Notes: generated by a model not told the origin, from the letters alone. A stretch of 64,000 nucleotides of DNA from an uncultured Candidatus Rokubacteria bacterium (GCA_963708025.1 CAVPSB010000016.1:96001-160000); one strand, 5' to 3'. Numbered from the stretch's first letter, positions 1 through 9,728 are shown. Numbers and translations: made by a program.

Positions 1-363
1 GGTGTCGGGCCGGTGGGCCCGCCCGAGGAACTCGATCAGCAGCACGCCCTGCTCGGACCGCGCGATGAGGATGTTGCCGATCGGCGACGGAAAGACCCGG
101 TAGGCGACGAGCCGGCTCCGGAGATCCGCGAGCCTCGACTCCAGCTCGGCCCGCGCCCGCGTGACGTGGGGGGCCGCCAGGAGATGGCTCCGCATGGCCG
201 TCACCTCGCCCTCGATGGCCCGATACCGCGCCAGCTCGTCACGGCAGGGGCCGCACCGCTCGACGTGGGACTGGACCCGGTGCGCGGTCGCGGCCTCCGC
301 CTCGCCGACCGCGGTGGCGACCAGGTCGGGCTCGATGTCCACGCAGACCGCAGACTTGCTCAC
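1..363 (-). CDS. Partial (3' end off-window): zinc-binding anti-sigma (ZAS) domain fused to a probable methylated-DNA--protein-cysteine methyltransferase (Ogt-like) N-terminal region
   Basis: Not in the ORF track. The GTG at 363-361 overlaps the sigma stop (GTGA) and follows AGGAAGGAG. Manual translation: MSKSAVCVDIEPDLVATAVGEAEAATAHRVQSHVERCGPCRDELARY...LRSRLVAYRVFPSPIGNILIARSEQGVLLIEF. HxxxCxxC is the ZAS motif; YxxFxSPIGxxxxxxSxxG resembles the Ogt N-terminus. Confidence 0.75.
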   Translation of the reverse strand, partial: MSKSAVCVDIEPDLVATAVGEAEAATAHRVQSHVERCGPCRDELARYRAIEGEVTAMRSHLLAAPHVTRARAELESRLADLRSRLVAYRVFPSPIGNILIARSEQGVLLIEFLGRAHRPDT

Positions 364-893
364 CGCCGCGACTCCTTCCTCTCCGACAGCCCGCGCCCGT
401 CGAGGGCCCGCCGGATCTTGCGCAGCGCCTGGAAGACGTGGGCCCGCGCGCTCTCGGCCGAGCAGCTCAGGCTCCGGCCGATGGCCTCGTAATCGAGATC
501 GTGGATCTTTCGCTGGAGGAAGGCGACCCGCTGCTTGAACGGCAGGCCCGCGACGACCGCCTCGACGGCGGCCCCCACCTCGCGCGAGATCGCCACCCGA
601 TCCGGTCCCGCACAATCGGCCTCGACCATCACACCCGACACGGCGGCATAGGCCAGCCGGCGACGCTTCATGCCCCGGAAGTAGTTCCGGCAAAGGTTCG
701 TCGCGATGGTGAAGAGCCAGGCCCGCACGTTGGCGTCCTTCGGCAACGCCCGGTATGCCCGGTACGCCCGGAGAAACGTCTCCTGGGACAGGTCGTCGGC
801 GTCGCCCGTCCGCCCGGTCGTGCGTAGGACGTATCGATAGATCTCCGCGTGGTGCGTGGCCACCATTTCCTCGAACTCCGCATCGTCAATCAC
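360..893 (-). CDS. ECF sigma-70 factor (alternative in-frame GTG start at 974)
   Basis: Region 2 motifs DADDLSQETFLRAY and WLFTIATNLCRN; region 4 HTH LDYEAIGRSLSCSAESARAHVFQAL. Confidence 0.93.
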   Translation of the reverse strand: MIDDAEFEEMVATHHAEIYRYVLRTTGRTGDADDLSQETFLRAYRAYRALPKDANVRAWLFTIATNLCRNYFRGMKRRRLAYAAVSGVMVEADCAGPDRVAISREVGAAVEAVVAGLPFKQRVAFLQRKIHDLDYEAIGRSLSCSAESARAHVFQALRKIRRALDGRGLSERKESRR

Positions 894-897
894 CTGA

Positions 898-927
898 TGA
901 GACCCCGTGACCGGCCCCGGTGTGAAA
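898..927 (-). promoter_or_regulatory. Candidate ECF promoter copy 1: TTTCACA-N14-GGGGTCTCA, 4 nt before GTG 893
   Basis: The motif occurs twice upstream of the sigma gene with near-identical geometry. Confidence 0.5.
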
Positions 928-978
928 GCGCCCCTTCGTGCCTCGTCTCGGGCGCCGTGACGCTCCCCGATCACTTAC

Positions 979-1007
979 TGAAACCCCGGCCGGGACGCGA
1001 TGTGAAA
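979..1007 (-). promoter_or_regulatory. Candidate ECF promoter copy 2: TTTCACA-N13-GGGGTTTCA, 4 nt before GTG 974
   Basis: Second copy of the same bipartite motif. Confidence 0.5.
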
Positions 1008-1030
1008 CGGCCCGGCCCCGGCTGGCGGGT

Positions 1031-3853
1031 CTAGGAGGGGGCATCGAGGATCTCGCGCACCCTGCCGGCCAAGGTGGCAGGCGAAAAGGGCTTGTGGAGC
1101 AGGGCCGCGGCCGGCAGGCCATCCCCGGCCTCCGCCACCCGGTCGGCGTAGCCCGAGACGTACAGGAGCCGCACGCCCGGCCGGATGGACGCCAGGCGCC
1201 GGGCGAGCCCGGGACCGTCCATCCCGGGCATGACCACGTCGGTCAGCAGGAGAGCGATCGGTCCCCGGTGCGCCTCGGCGATCTCGAGAGCCTGGTGGCC
1301 GTGACGCGCCTCCAGCACCGTGTACCCCCCCGATTGTAAGACCTCGCGGGCCAGATCCCGCACGGCGTCCTCGTCCTCGACCAGCAGGATCGTCTCGGTC
1401 CCCCCCGGCGCCTCGCCTTCGGCCCGGCCCGGCCGCGCCGGCTCGACCGGCTCCCCGACCTGGGGCAGGAAGATGGCGAAGGTGCTGCCCGAGCCCGGCG
1501 CGCTGCGCACGGCGATGGCGCCACCGCTCTGCTTGACGATCCCGTACACGGTGGCCAGCCCCAGCCCCGTCCCCTTCCCCAGCTCCTTGGTCGTGAAGAA
1601 CGGCTCGAAGAGATGGGCCCGGGTGCCGGCTGACATCCCGACGCCGGTGTCGCTGACCGACAGCCGGACGTAGGTGCCGGCGGGGATGTCGAGCGGTGCC
1701 TCGACCGGCGCCGCCGTCACCTCCACGTTGGCCGTCTCGATGGTCAGCGTGCCGCCGGCGGGCATCGCGTCGCGCGCGTTGACGACCAGGTTCAGGATCA
1801 CCTGCTCGAGCTGGCCGGGGTCCGCCCGGATCGCGCCCAGGTCCGGCGCCAGCGTGGTGCGCAGCTCGATGTCCTCGCCGATCAGCCGGCGGAGCATGTT
1901 CTCGATCCCGTCGACGATGACGTTCAGGTCGAGGACGCGCGGGTCGAGCATCTGCTTGCGGCTGAACGCCAGCAGCTGGCGGGTCAGCGAGGCGGCCCGG
2001 TCGGCCGTCTGCTCGACGAGGGCGATCTGGCGCCGCAGCGGGTCGTCCGGCCCGAGCCGCTGGAGGACGAGCTGGCTTCGCCCCTTGATGACGGTCAGGA
2101 GGTTGTTGAAGTCGTGGGCGATCCCGCCTGCCAGCCGGCCGATCGCTTCCATCTTCTGAGCCTGGGCGAGCTGGTCCTGGGTCCGCGCCAGCTCGTCGTA
2201 GGCGCGGGTGGTCTCATCCACCTTCTGCTGGTGCTCCCCGAGGAGCCGGGCGGTCTCGGCGTAGAGGCGGGCGTTCTCCAGGGCGATCGCGGCCTGGTTG
2301 GCGAAGGCCTGAAGCAGGTGGCCATCCTCGTCGTCGAAGAGCCGGCCGGGCCGGTCGCGGACGGACAGGGCGCCGATCACGCGGCTCCCCACGAGCAGCG
2401 GCGCCGCCAGGACCGCCAGAACCGAGCGATGAGGCGGGTCCTCGCGCCCGGCGCCGGTCGGTGGGGAGGCCGTCAGCCGGGGATCCGCCTGGAAATCCGG
2501 TGTCGCCACCGGCCGCCGCTCACGCACCGCCAGGTGAACCACCTCGGTGTCGGCGCCGGCATCTGCTGTTTCGGAAGCGACGGCCTCGCCCGACACGGCC
2601 AGGACATCGAGCGTGTTCGTCACCGGATGCAGACGGAACAGGGTCGCGCGGGTCGTGCCGAGCATCAGCCGGACGCTGTCCGCGATGCGCTGCCGGACCT
2701 CGTCGGGATCCAGCGATTGCGACACGAGGCGGCCGACATCGGCCAGGCTCTCCGCCGCCCGGCGCCGCCGATCGGCCTCCGCGTAGAGCCGGCCGTTGTG
2801 GATGGCGACCGCCGCCTGATCGGCCACTCGAAAGAGCACCGACTCGTCCAGATCGGTGAACGGCCGCGGGGCGCGGTTGTCGACGTAGAGGAGACCCTCG
2901 ACCTCGTCGCCGATCCGGATCGGCACCACCATCTCGCAGACGACTCCTTCGTCACGGATGACGTCGAGGTAGTCCTTGGTGATCCGGGGATCGCCGGCGT
3001 AGTCGTCGGTCCGGAACGGTTGCCCGGTCACCAGCACCAGCCCGCCCGCGCCCTTCCCGCGCTCGACGATCATCACGGCGTCCTGGGGAGATCGGGCGCC
3101 GACCCGGTAGCGCGGGACCACGTTGGCCGTGAGCCGATCCCGCAGGCCGACCCAGGCCACGTCGGCCTCGCACAATTCACGGGCGGCCTCGGCGACCTGC
3201 TGGAGCACCGTATCGAGGTCGAGCGAGGCGTTGATGGTGCGGGCGATGTCGGCAATCACCTCGGCCTCGCGCCCGCGGCGCTGGGCTTCCTCGTAGAGCC
3301 GGGCGTTGCCGATCGCGATCGCCGCCTGCTGGGCGATCCCGTCCACCAGCCGCAGCTCCTCGGGCGTGAACCGATGCGCCGCGGTCAGCCACACCGCGGC
3401 GAAGCACCCCACGACCTCGCCCTTGAGCAGCATCGGCTGGACCAGGGCGGACCGGTGGGGCACGTTCCGGAGCGGCGGGTACTCGAACCGGCGATCGGCC
3501 TGGCTGTCCTCGGCGTAGATCGGACCCCCGAGCCGCGCCGCCGCCTCCATGAGGGGATGGCGGGCGTCGACGGCGTTCTGCCGGAGCGTATCGAGCACTG
3601 CCGGGGGGACGTGATAGCCGGCGAGCGGGACGAGCTGACGGCGGTCGGCGCTCAGACCCCAGGCGCCACCGGTATCCGCCCCGAGCGCCCGGACCAGGGC
3701 GCGGGTGGCGCGCCGGACCACCTCCCGGAGCTGGAGCGTGGAGCCGACCGCCTGACTGACGGCCAGCAGCGTCTCCGCCTCGGTCGGTCGCGCCTCGAAC
3801 GGCCGGCTGGGCTCCGGAGTGTCACGCGCTCGGGAGCGATCGGCGTCGGCCAC
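1031..3853 (-). CDS. Cytoplasmic hybrid sensor histidine kinase (3xGAF-HisKA-HATPase-REC)
   Basis: Three GAF repeats ending in A(A/V)IA(I/L)xNARLY-like motifs; H-box GGIAHDFNNLL; G-boxes DTGVGM and GTGLGL; REC ILLVEDE...TDVVMP; AAGGAG RBS. Confidence 0.95.
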   Translation of the reverse strand: MADADRSRARDTPEPSRPFEARPTEAETLLAVSQAVGSTLQLREVVRRATRALVRALGADTGGAWGLSADRRQLVPLAGYHVPPAVLDTLRQNAVDARHPLMEAAARLGGPIYAEDSQADRRFEYPPLRNVPHRSALVQPMLLKGEVVGCFAAVWLTAAHRFTPEELRLVDGIAQQAAIAIGNARLYEEAQRRGREAEVIADIARTINASLDLDTVLQQVAEAARELCEADVAWVGLRDRLTANVVPRYRVGARSPQDAVMIVERGKGAGGLVLVTGQPFRTDDYAGDPRITKDYLDVIRDEGVVCEMVVPIRIGDEVEGLLYVDNRAPRPFTDLDESVLFRVADQAAVAIHNGRLYAEADRRRRAAESLADVGRLVSQSLDPDEVRQRIADSVRLMLGTTRATLFRLHPVTNTLDVLAVSGEAVASETADAGADTEVVHLAVRERRPVATPDFQADPRLTASPPTGAGREDPPHRSVLAVLAAPLLVGSRVIGALSVRDRPGRLFDDEDGHLLQAFANQAAIALENARLYAETARLLGEHQQKVDETTRAYDELARTQDQLAQAQKMEAIGRLAGGIAHDFNNLLTVIKGRSQLVLQRLGPDDPLRRQIALVEQTADRAASLTRQLLAFSRKQMLDPRVLDLNVIVDGIENMLRRLIGEDIELRTTLAPDLGAIRADPGQLEQVILNLVVNARDAMPAGGTLTIETANVEVTAAPVEAPLDIPAGTYVRLSVSDTGVGMSAGTRAHLFEPFFTTKELGKGTGLGLATVYGIVKQSGGAIAVRSAPGSGSTFAIFLPQVGEPVEPARPGRAEGEAPGGTETILLVEDEDAVRDLAREVLQSGGYTVLEARHGHQALEIAEAHRGPIALLLTDVVMPGMDGPGLARRLASIRPGVRLLYVSGYADRVAEAGDGLPAAALLHKPFSPATLAGRVREILDAPS

Positions 3854-3987
3854 GGCATCTCCTTCGCGGGCCCGTCGGTGTCCGGGCGCGGAAGGGCCTC
3901 GCCACTGGACGCCGGCGTGGTCTGACCAGGGGCCTCATGATACACCCCCCCCTGGCCGGCGAGGGCCCGGAATGGCCGCCCGAGGAA

Positions 3988-4143
3988 TCAGGCCGCGAAG
4001 GCGCGCGGCGGGGCGGGGTCCGAGACGGGTCGGGCCCCGGCAGCGACCGCGAGAATGTAGTCGGCGAACCGTGCGGTGGGGTCGAACCCCAGGAGCGCCG
4101 GCGCGTCGGTGACGAAGTTGGACGTCGCGTTCACGTCGTAGAA
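3988..4143 (-). pseudogene. Orphan C-terminal fragment resembling a RimK-type ATP-grasp protein tail
   Basis: Manual frame FYDVNATSNFVTDAPALLGFDPTARFADYIL...* with coding-like codon usage and no start of its own. Confidence 0.45.
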
Positions 4144-4198
4144 GGAGACGCAAGGCCGCGGCTTCGGGGGGCCGGGGGCGGGCCGGATCAGGCAGCGG

Positions 4199-6304
4199 TC
4201 AGGACGTCGTGGCCCGGGCCAGGTGCTGCCAGGCGTCGCGCGCCGACGCCTCCGCGCGCTCGACTTCCACCTGCGTCGAGTGGAAGGCTGGCCCGCCGCC
4301 CATGTCCGCCACCTTGTCGGAGGTCAGCACGTTGACCCCCCGGCCGCCCGGCATGAACTTGTGCCACCAGATGCCCTCGACCACCACCTGGCCGGGCGGG
4401 GTGTCGTCGCTCAGGACTGCGGTGAAGAGCGCTCGCCCGCGGTCGTTCCTGACGGCCACCAGGTCGCCCGAGCTGACGGCCCGGGCCGCGGCATCGTCGG
4501 GGTGGACGAAGACCACCGGACCCGCCTGACGCGTTCTCAAGAGCGCCGACTGGCTGAACGACGAGTTCAGGAAGAAGCGGTTCGGCGGCACGTGACAGCG
4601 GAGCGGATACCGCCGGCCGACCTCCGGCTCGTCCGCGCTCTCGGTCAGGGGGACGTACGTCGGGAGCGGGGGCAGTCCCTGGCTCGCCAGCGTCTCCGAG
4701 TACAGCTCGACCTTGCCCGAGGGCGTGGGGGCTCCGTCGGCGAACGGCATGAAGGGCCGCGGCAGGGCCAGGCGGACGGTGTGCTCGGCGCGGAGCCGCT
4801 CGTAGCTGATGCCCTCCGCCGGCGGCCCGCATGCCGCCAGATAGTCACGGATCAGGTCGGCGTCCCCCCGGGCGTAGTGGCCGTCCGCGCCGACGCCGAG
4901 GGCCCGGGCCAGCAGGGCAAAGACCTCCCGGTTCGGCCGGGCCCCGCCGAGCGGCGCGATGACGGGCTCGGCGAGCTGGAAGTAGAGATGGCCGAAGGAG
5001 CGGTAGAGGTCCGCGTGCTCCATGCTGGTCGTGGCCGGGAGCAGGATGTCCGCGTAGTCGGCGGTGTCGGTCTGGACCTGCTCGTGGACCACCGTGAAGA
5101 GGTCGTCCCGGGCCAGCCCCTGGAGGACCAGCTCGGCGTTCGGGCACACGGCGGCCGGGTTCGAGTTGTAGACGTAGAGCGCCATGACCGGCGGGCGAAG
5201 CGCCGGGTCCGTCAGCGCCCGGCCCAGGTGGATCATGTTGATCGTGCGGGGCGGCGGATCGGGCAGGAGGTCGCGGCGCTCGAGGACGGCGTCGCCCGGC
5301 CCGAAGGCGCCCGAACTGGCCAGCAGCGCGCCTCCCCCCGGATGGGCGTAGGCCCCAGTCAGGGCCGGCAGACAGGCGATCGCCCGACAAGTCATCCCGC
5401 CGTTCTCGTGCCGGGAAAGTCCGATGCCGACGCGGATGAACGCCGCCCGCGTGCCTCCGTAGCGCCGGGCGAGGCCGACGATGGCCGCCGCCGGCAGCCC
5501 GGTGATCTCGGCGACGCGCACCGGCGGATAGGCCCGCACGTGGGCGCGGAGCGCCTCGAAGCCGGTCGTCGCCCGGGCGAGGTAGCCGTGGTCGAGGAGG
5601 TCCTCCTCGACGAGGATGTGCATGAGCCCGAGGGCCAGCGCTCCGTCGGTGCCGGAGCGGATCATCAGGTGCTCGTCGGCCTGCCGGGCGGTGCGGGTCC
5701 GATAGGGATCGATGCAGATCACGCGGGCGCCGCGGGCCCGGGCCTGCTTGACGAGTGTCATCAGGTTGATGTGGGTGTAGGCGGCGTTGATGCCCCACAG
5801 GACGATCAGCTCGGCGTCCACCATCTGCTCGGCATCGTTGCCGGCCACGGTCCCGACCGTCGCCCTCCAGCCGGCGTACGCCGTCGAGACGCAGATCGTG
5901 CGGTCGAGCTGGCTGGCACCGAGGGCATGGAAGAGCGGATGGCCCGCGTAGTACTGGAGGCGTCCGAGCGTGCCCGCGTACGAGTAGGGCAGGATCGCCT
6001 CCGGCCCCCACTGGGCCATCACGCGGGTGAAGCGATGCACGATCTCCTCGATCGCGTCGTCCCACGAGATGCACTCGAATTCGCCGGCCCCCTTCGCTCC
6101 CACCCGGCGCATCGGGTGGAGGACGCGGAGCGGCGAGTAGACGCGCTCGGTGTAGTCGTGGACCTTGCCGCAGATCACGCCCTGCGTGAAGGGGTGATCG
6201 GGGTCGCCCACCACGTCGAGGAGCCGGCCGTCCTCGACGGAGACGGACAGGCTGCACGCCGACGGGCAATCGTGGGGACAGACCGAATGGTGGGTCGTTC
6301 TCAC
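4199..6304 (-). CDS. Molybdopterin oxidoreductase (DMSO reductase superfamily, cytoplasmic BisC/YoaE-like)
   Basis: N-terminal CPHDCPSAC...ICGK 4Fe-4S motif; VLWGIN, IDPYRT, NSNPA, DTADYADILLPA; C-terminal molydop-binding domain (HPDDA, VNVLT); no Tat signal. Confidence 0.92.
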   Translation of the reverse strand: MRTTHHSVCPHDCPSACSLSVSVEDGRLLDVVGDPDHPFTQGVICGKVHDYTERVYSPLRVLHPMRRVGAKGAGEFECISWDDAIEEIVHRFTRVMAQWGPEAILPYSYAGTLGRLQYYAGHPLFHALGASQLDRTICVSTAYAGWRATVGTVAGNDAEQMVDAELIVLWGINAAYTHINLMTLVKQARARGARVICIDPYRTRTARQADEHLMIRSGTDGALALGLMHILVEEDLLDHGYLARATTGFEALRAHVRAYPPVRVAEITGLPAAAIVGLARRYGGTRAAFIRVGIGLSRHENGGMTCRAIACLPALTGAYAHPGGGALLASSGAFGPGDAVLERRDLLPDPPPRTINMIHLGRALTDPALRPPVMALYVYNSNPAAVCPNAELVLQGLARDDLFTVVHEQVQTDTADYADILLPATTSMEHADLYRSFGHLYFQLAEPVIAPLGGARPNREVFALLARALGVGADGHYARGDADLIRDYLAACGPPAEGISYERLRAEHTVRLALPRPFMPFADGAPTPSGKVELYSETLASQGLPPLPTYVPLTESADEPEVGRRYPLRCHVPPNRFFLNSSFSQSALLRTRQAGPVVFVHPDDAAARAVSSGDLVAVRNDRGRALFTAVLSDDTPPGQVVVEGIWWHKFMPGGRGVNVLTSDKVADMGGGPAFHSTQVEVERAEASARDAWQHLARATTS

Positions 6305-6308
6305 GCGG

Positions 6309-9300
6309 TCAAGGTACCACGGGGGAGGCGGCCGCCGGGAGCGTGGACCGGGTGGCGCGGATCCGGTCGAGGAGGAGCGAGGGCGACTCCGCGAGGGCCG
6401 CCGCCTGGTCCAGACACTCCCGCGCCGGCCCCCAGCGCCGCCGCGCCAGGAGCAGGAGCGCCTGATCGTGAAGGGCGCGGGCCTGGATGGCGGAGAGTCC
6501 CAGCTCCCGCGCGGCCCGCACGGCCACTTCCAGGTGCCGGCGCGCCCGGCGGGCCGCGCACGGCAGCGCCGCGACGATGAACCCGAGGTTCTTCACGACG
6601 ACCGACCAGGACGGACTTTCGCTCCTCAGCGCGAGGTGGAGGTAGATCTCGCCCAGGACCAGGTGCCCGAGGGCGGGCCCCCGGGCGTAGCCCCACTCCT
6701 CGAACCGTTGCATGGCCGCCTGGATCGCCCGGAGCCCGTCGGCCATCCGCCCGGTGACGATCATGGCCACGCCGAAGGGCAGGTCGAACCACCCGAGGAG
6801 CACGGTGCCCCCGCCCGTCTCCAGCTCGTGCCGGGCCTCGGCGACCATCTCGACGCCGGCGGGATTCCGGCTACCCAGGGCCAGCGCGAGTCCCTTGTTG
6901 GCCCCGGCGCAGAGCCGGTCCAGCGGGTCGGGCGAGATCGCCAGGGATTCCTCCGCATACCGGACGGCGTCGTCGTAGCGCTCATCGTAGATCGCGACCA
7001 TGCCGAGCGCATTCAGCCCCATGCCGATCGTGCGCGGATCGCCGGTCTCCCGGCCGAGCTGGATGATCCGCTCGGCGAACGCCCGGCCAGCCGTGTACCG
7101 GCCGCTGGACACCGCGTGCTGCCAAAACCCGAGCAGGCACTTCGAGGCCAGGTAGACGTCGCCGCCGGCCTCGGCGATGGCGAGCCCGCGCGCGGCGAGC
7201 CGCTCGACGATCTCCGGCGGGCGGTCGCCGATCTTGAGGCCGTACAGGTAGGTGAGCCCCATGCACGCGTAGCCGACGCACTCGCGATCGTCGAGCGCCT
7301 CGCCCAGCGCCAGCGCCCGGTCGAGGAGCGGCCGCGCCGCCTCCGCCCGGGCGCCGAAGATGTGGGCGAAGCCCAGCCAGAAGAGGAGCAGTGAGAGCGC
7401 GCGCGTCTGGCCGGCGGCTTCCACCGCCGGGAGGTAGCGCTCGAGCGCCAGGAGCCCCGTGAAGTCCTTCCGGTAGTAGTGCGCGCGGGCCCACGCCAGG
7501 AGCACGTCGCCCAGGAAGGCGGCGTCGAGGGCGCCGGGGGCCGCGTCCACGAGGGCCAGGACGTCGCGGAAGCGCTGATGGGCCTCCTCGACCGAGTACA
7601 CTCGGAGGCTCTTCTCGCCCGCCAGCGCGGTGTAGCGCGCAGCCTTCTCCGTTTGGGCGGTGTGGCCGTAGTGGTAGGCCAGCACCTCGGCCCACTCGGC
7701 CAGCCGATCGGCGTGGAGTCGCTCGATCGCCTCCGCGACCCGCCGGTGCAGCTCCTCGCGCCGCGGCCGGAGGAGGCTCTCGTAGATCGCGTCCTGCACC
7801 AGCGCGTGCTTGAACCGGTACTCCTCGCCCCCGCCCGCCGCCGGGAAGACCAGCTCCTGCTCCTCCAGCGCCCGGAGCGGCCGGGCGAGCCCCTCGGGGG
7901 CGTCGGCCACCGCGCGCAGGAGCGCCGTCGGAAAGCGCCGACCGATGACCGAGGCCACCTGGAGGATGTGCCGCGGCGTCTCGGCCAGCCGATCGACCCG
8001 CGCCATGATGAGGTCCTGCAGGGTGGCGGGCATCCCGATCCGCGGGCCGTCGAGGCGCAGGGAGACGCCGTGCTCGGTCCGGGCGAGCCGCTCGCTCTCC
8101 AGCAGATAGCGAAGCATCTCCTCGGCGAAGAGGGGGTTCCCCTCGGTGGTGTCGACGATCAGCCGCGCCAGCTCTCCGGGAACGTCGGCCGACCCCAGCC
8201 GGTGGCGGACCAGATCGACGCAGCCCTCCTCCGACAGCGGCTCCAGGCCCAGCTCGAGGACGTTCGCCCGCCCCGTCCAGGGCGGCCGGTAGTCCGGACG
8301 GTAGGCGCACACCATCAGCAGCCGCATGGGCGCCTCGCTCTGGACGAGGCGCATGATGAGCTGCTCCGAGGCACGGTCGATCCAGTGGAGGTCCTCCACG
8401 ATCAGCACCGTCGGGGCCCGGCGGCACTGGGCGTCGATCCAGGCGGCGAGGGCCTCCCGCGTCCGCGCCCCGACGATCTCGCCATCCAGCCCGCGGAGCG
8501 TGTCGCTCGCCACCTCCAGGCCCACCAGCGTCCCCAGGAAGGGCAGCGTCTCCTCGACCTTCAGGCCCAGCTCGCCGAGACCCGCCGCCAGCTTCTGCCG
8601 GGCCTCGGCCGGGTCGTCGCCCTCGGCGAGGGCGAACGCGCCGCGGATCGTCTCGATGAACGGCAGGAACGCCGTGGTGCGCCCGTACGGCGAGCAATGG
8701 CCCTGCAGGACCACCGCGGCGACCGGCAGTCGCCGGCGCAGCTCGTAGACCACGCGGGACTTGCCGATGCCGGCCTCCCCGAGCACGTCGGCCACCCGCG
8801 AGCCGCCCCGCTGGGCGTCCCGGTAGCACGCCTCGAGGATGTCGAGCTCCCGCTCCCGCCCGACCAGCCGCGTCAGGCCCTGCTGGAGCGAGAGCTGGAA
8901 GCGGCTGGCGGTCCGGGTGCCGTCCAGCCGGTAGACCGGCTGCGGCACCGCCTTGCCCCGGACCGCCCACTCGCCGACGAACCGGCCCTCCACCGCCCCC
9001 TCGGTCTGCCGGTGGGTCGCCTCGCTCATCACGATGGTCCCCGGCTCGGCGAGCTGCTGGAGGCGCGCCGCCAGGTTCGTGGTGTCCCCGATCGCCGTGT
9101 AGTCCATCCGGAGGTTGTCGCCGATCTTCCCCACGACGACGCCGCCGGTGTTCAGCCCCATGCGGACCGCCAGCGCGGTCCCGGGGGGGAGGCCCGCCTC
9201 GCCGCGCACCGTGGCCAGCGCCCGGCGGATCCCGACCGCGGCCAGCGCCGCGCGCCGGGCGTGGTCCTCGTGGGCCAGCGGGGCGCCGAACAGCGCCATG

Positions 9301-9728
9301 AAGCCGTCGCCGAGGAACTGGTTGACCGTGCCCTCGTACCGGTGCACCTCGACCAGCACCGCCTCGAAGAACCGGTTCAGGAACGCGTGCATCGCCTCGG
9401 CTCCGAGCCGCTCGGCCAGCGCGGTCGAGTTGGCGATGTCGCAGAAGAGGACCGTCACCTGCTTGCGCTGGCCCTCGAGGGCGGGGCCGTCCGCCACGAT
9501 CCGCTCGGCCAGATGCCGCGGGGTGTAGCTCGCGGGCGCGTCCAGGTGGGCGGGGGCCGGGCCGCCGGTCGGGGTGCGGCCGAGGGGAAGGCCGCAGGCG
9601 TCGCAGAAGTTGCTGCCGGGCGCCACCGGCACCTCGCAGCGAGGGCAGCGTCCCGTGAGCTGGCGCCCGCAGTCACGGCAGAACTGGGCGCCGTCGCGAT
9701 TCTCCGCGTGGCACTCGGGACAGTCCAT
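6309..9728 (-). CDS. Double zinc ribbon - class III nucleotide cyclase - AAA/STAND ATPase - TPR protein
   Basis: Four CxxC pairs; VTVLFCDI, QFLGDG, GDTTNLAARL cyclase motifs; Walker A GEAGIGKS, Walker B LIVEDLHW; helical repeat C-terminus. Confidence 0.93.
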   Translation of the reverse strand: MDCPECHAENRDGAQFCRDCGRQLTGRCPRCEVPVAPGSNFCDACGLPLGRTPTGGPAPAHLDAPASYTPRHLAERIVADGPALEGQRKQVTVLFCDIANSTALAERLGAEAMHAFLNRFFEAVLVEVHRYEGTVNQFLGDGFMALFGAPLAHEDHARRAALAAVGIRRALATVRGEAGLPPGTALAVRMGLNTGGVVVGKIGDNLRMDYTAIGDTTNLAARLQQLAEPGTIVMSEATHRQTEGAVEGRFVGEWAVRGKAVPQPVYRLDGTRTASRFQLSLQQGLTRLVGRERELDILEACYRDAQRGGSRVADVLGEAGIGKSRVVYELRRRLPVAAVVLQGHCSPYGRTTAFLPFIETIRGAFALAEGDDPAEARQKLAAGLGELGLKVEETLPFLGTLVGLEVASDTLRGLDGEIVGARTREALAAWIDAQCRRAPTVLIVEDLHWIDRASEQLIMRLVQSEAPMRLLMVCAYRPDYRPPWTGRANVLELGLEPLSEEGCVDLVRHRLGSADVPGELARLIVDTTEGNPLFAEEMLRYLLESERLARTEHGVSLRLDGPRIGMPATLQDLIMARVDRLAETPRHILQVASVIGRRFPTALLRAVADAPEGLARPLRALEEQELVFPAAGGGEEYRFKHALVQDAIYESLLRPRREELHRRVAEAIERLHADRLAEWAEVLAYHYGHTAQTEKAARYTALAGEKSLRVYSVEEAHQRFRDVLALVDAAPGALDAAFLGDVLLAWARAHYYRKDFTGLLALERYLPAVEAAGQTRALSLLLFWLGFAHIFGARAEAARPLLDRALALGEALDDRECVGYACMGLTYLYGLKIGDRPPEIVERLAARGLAIAEAGGDVYLASKCLLGFWQHAVSSGRYTAGRAFAERIIQLGRETGDPRTIGMGLNALGMVAIYDERYDDAVRYAEESLAISPDPLDRLCAGANKGLALALGSRNPAGVEMVAEARHELETGGGTVLLGWFDLPFGVAMIVTGRMADGLRAIQAAMQRFEEWGYARGPALGHLVLGEIYLHLALRSESPSWSVVVKNLGFIVAALPCAARRARRHLEVAVRAARELGLSAIQARALHDQALLLLARRRWGPARECLDQAAALAESPSLLLDRIRATRSTLPAAASPVVP

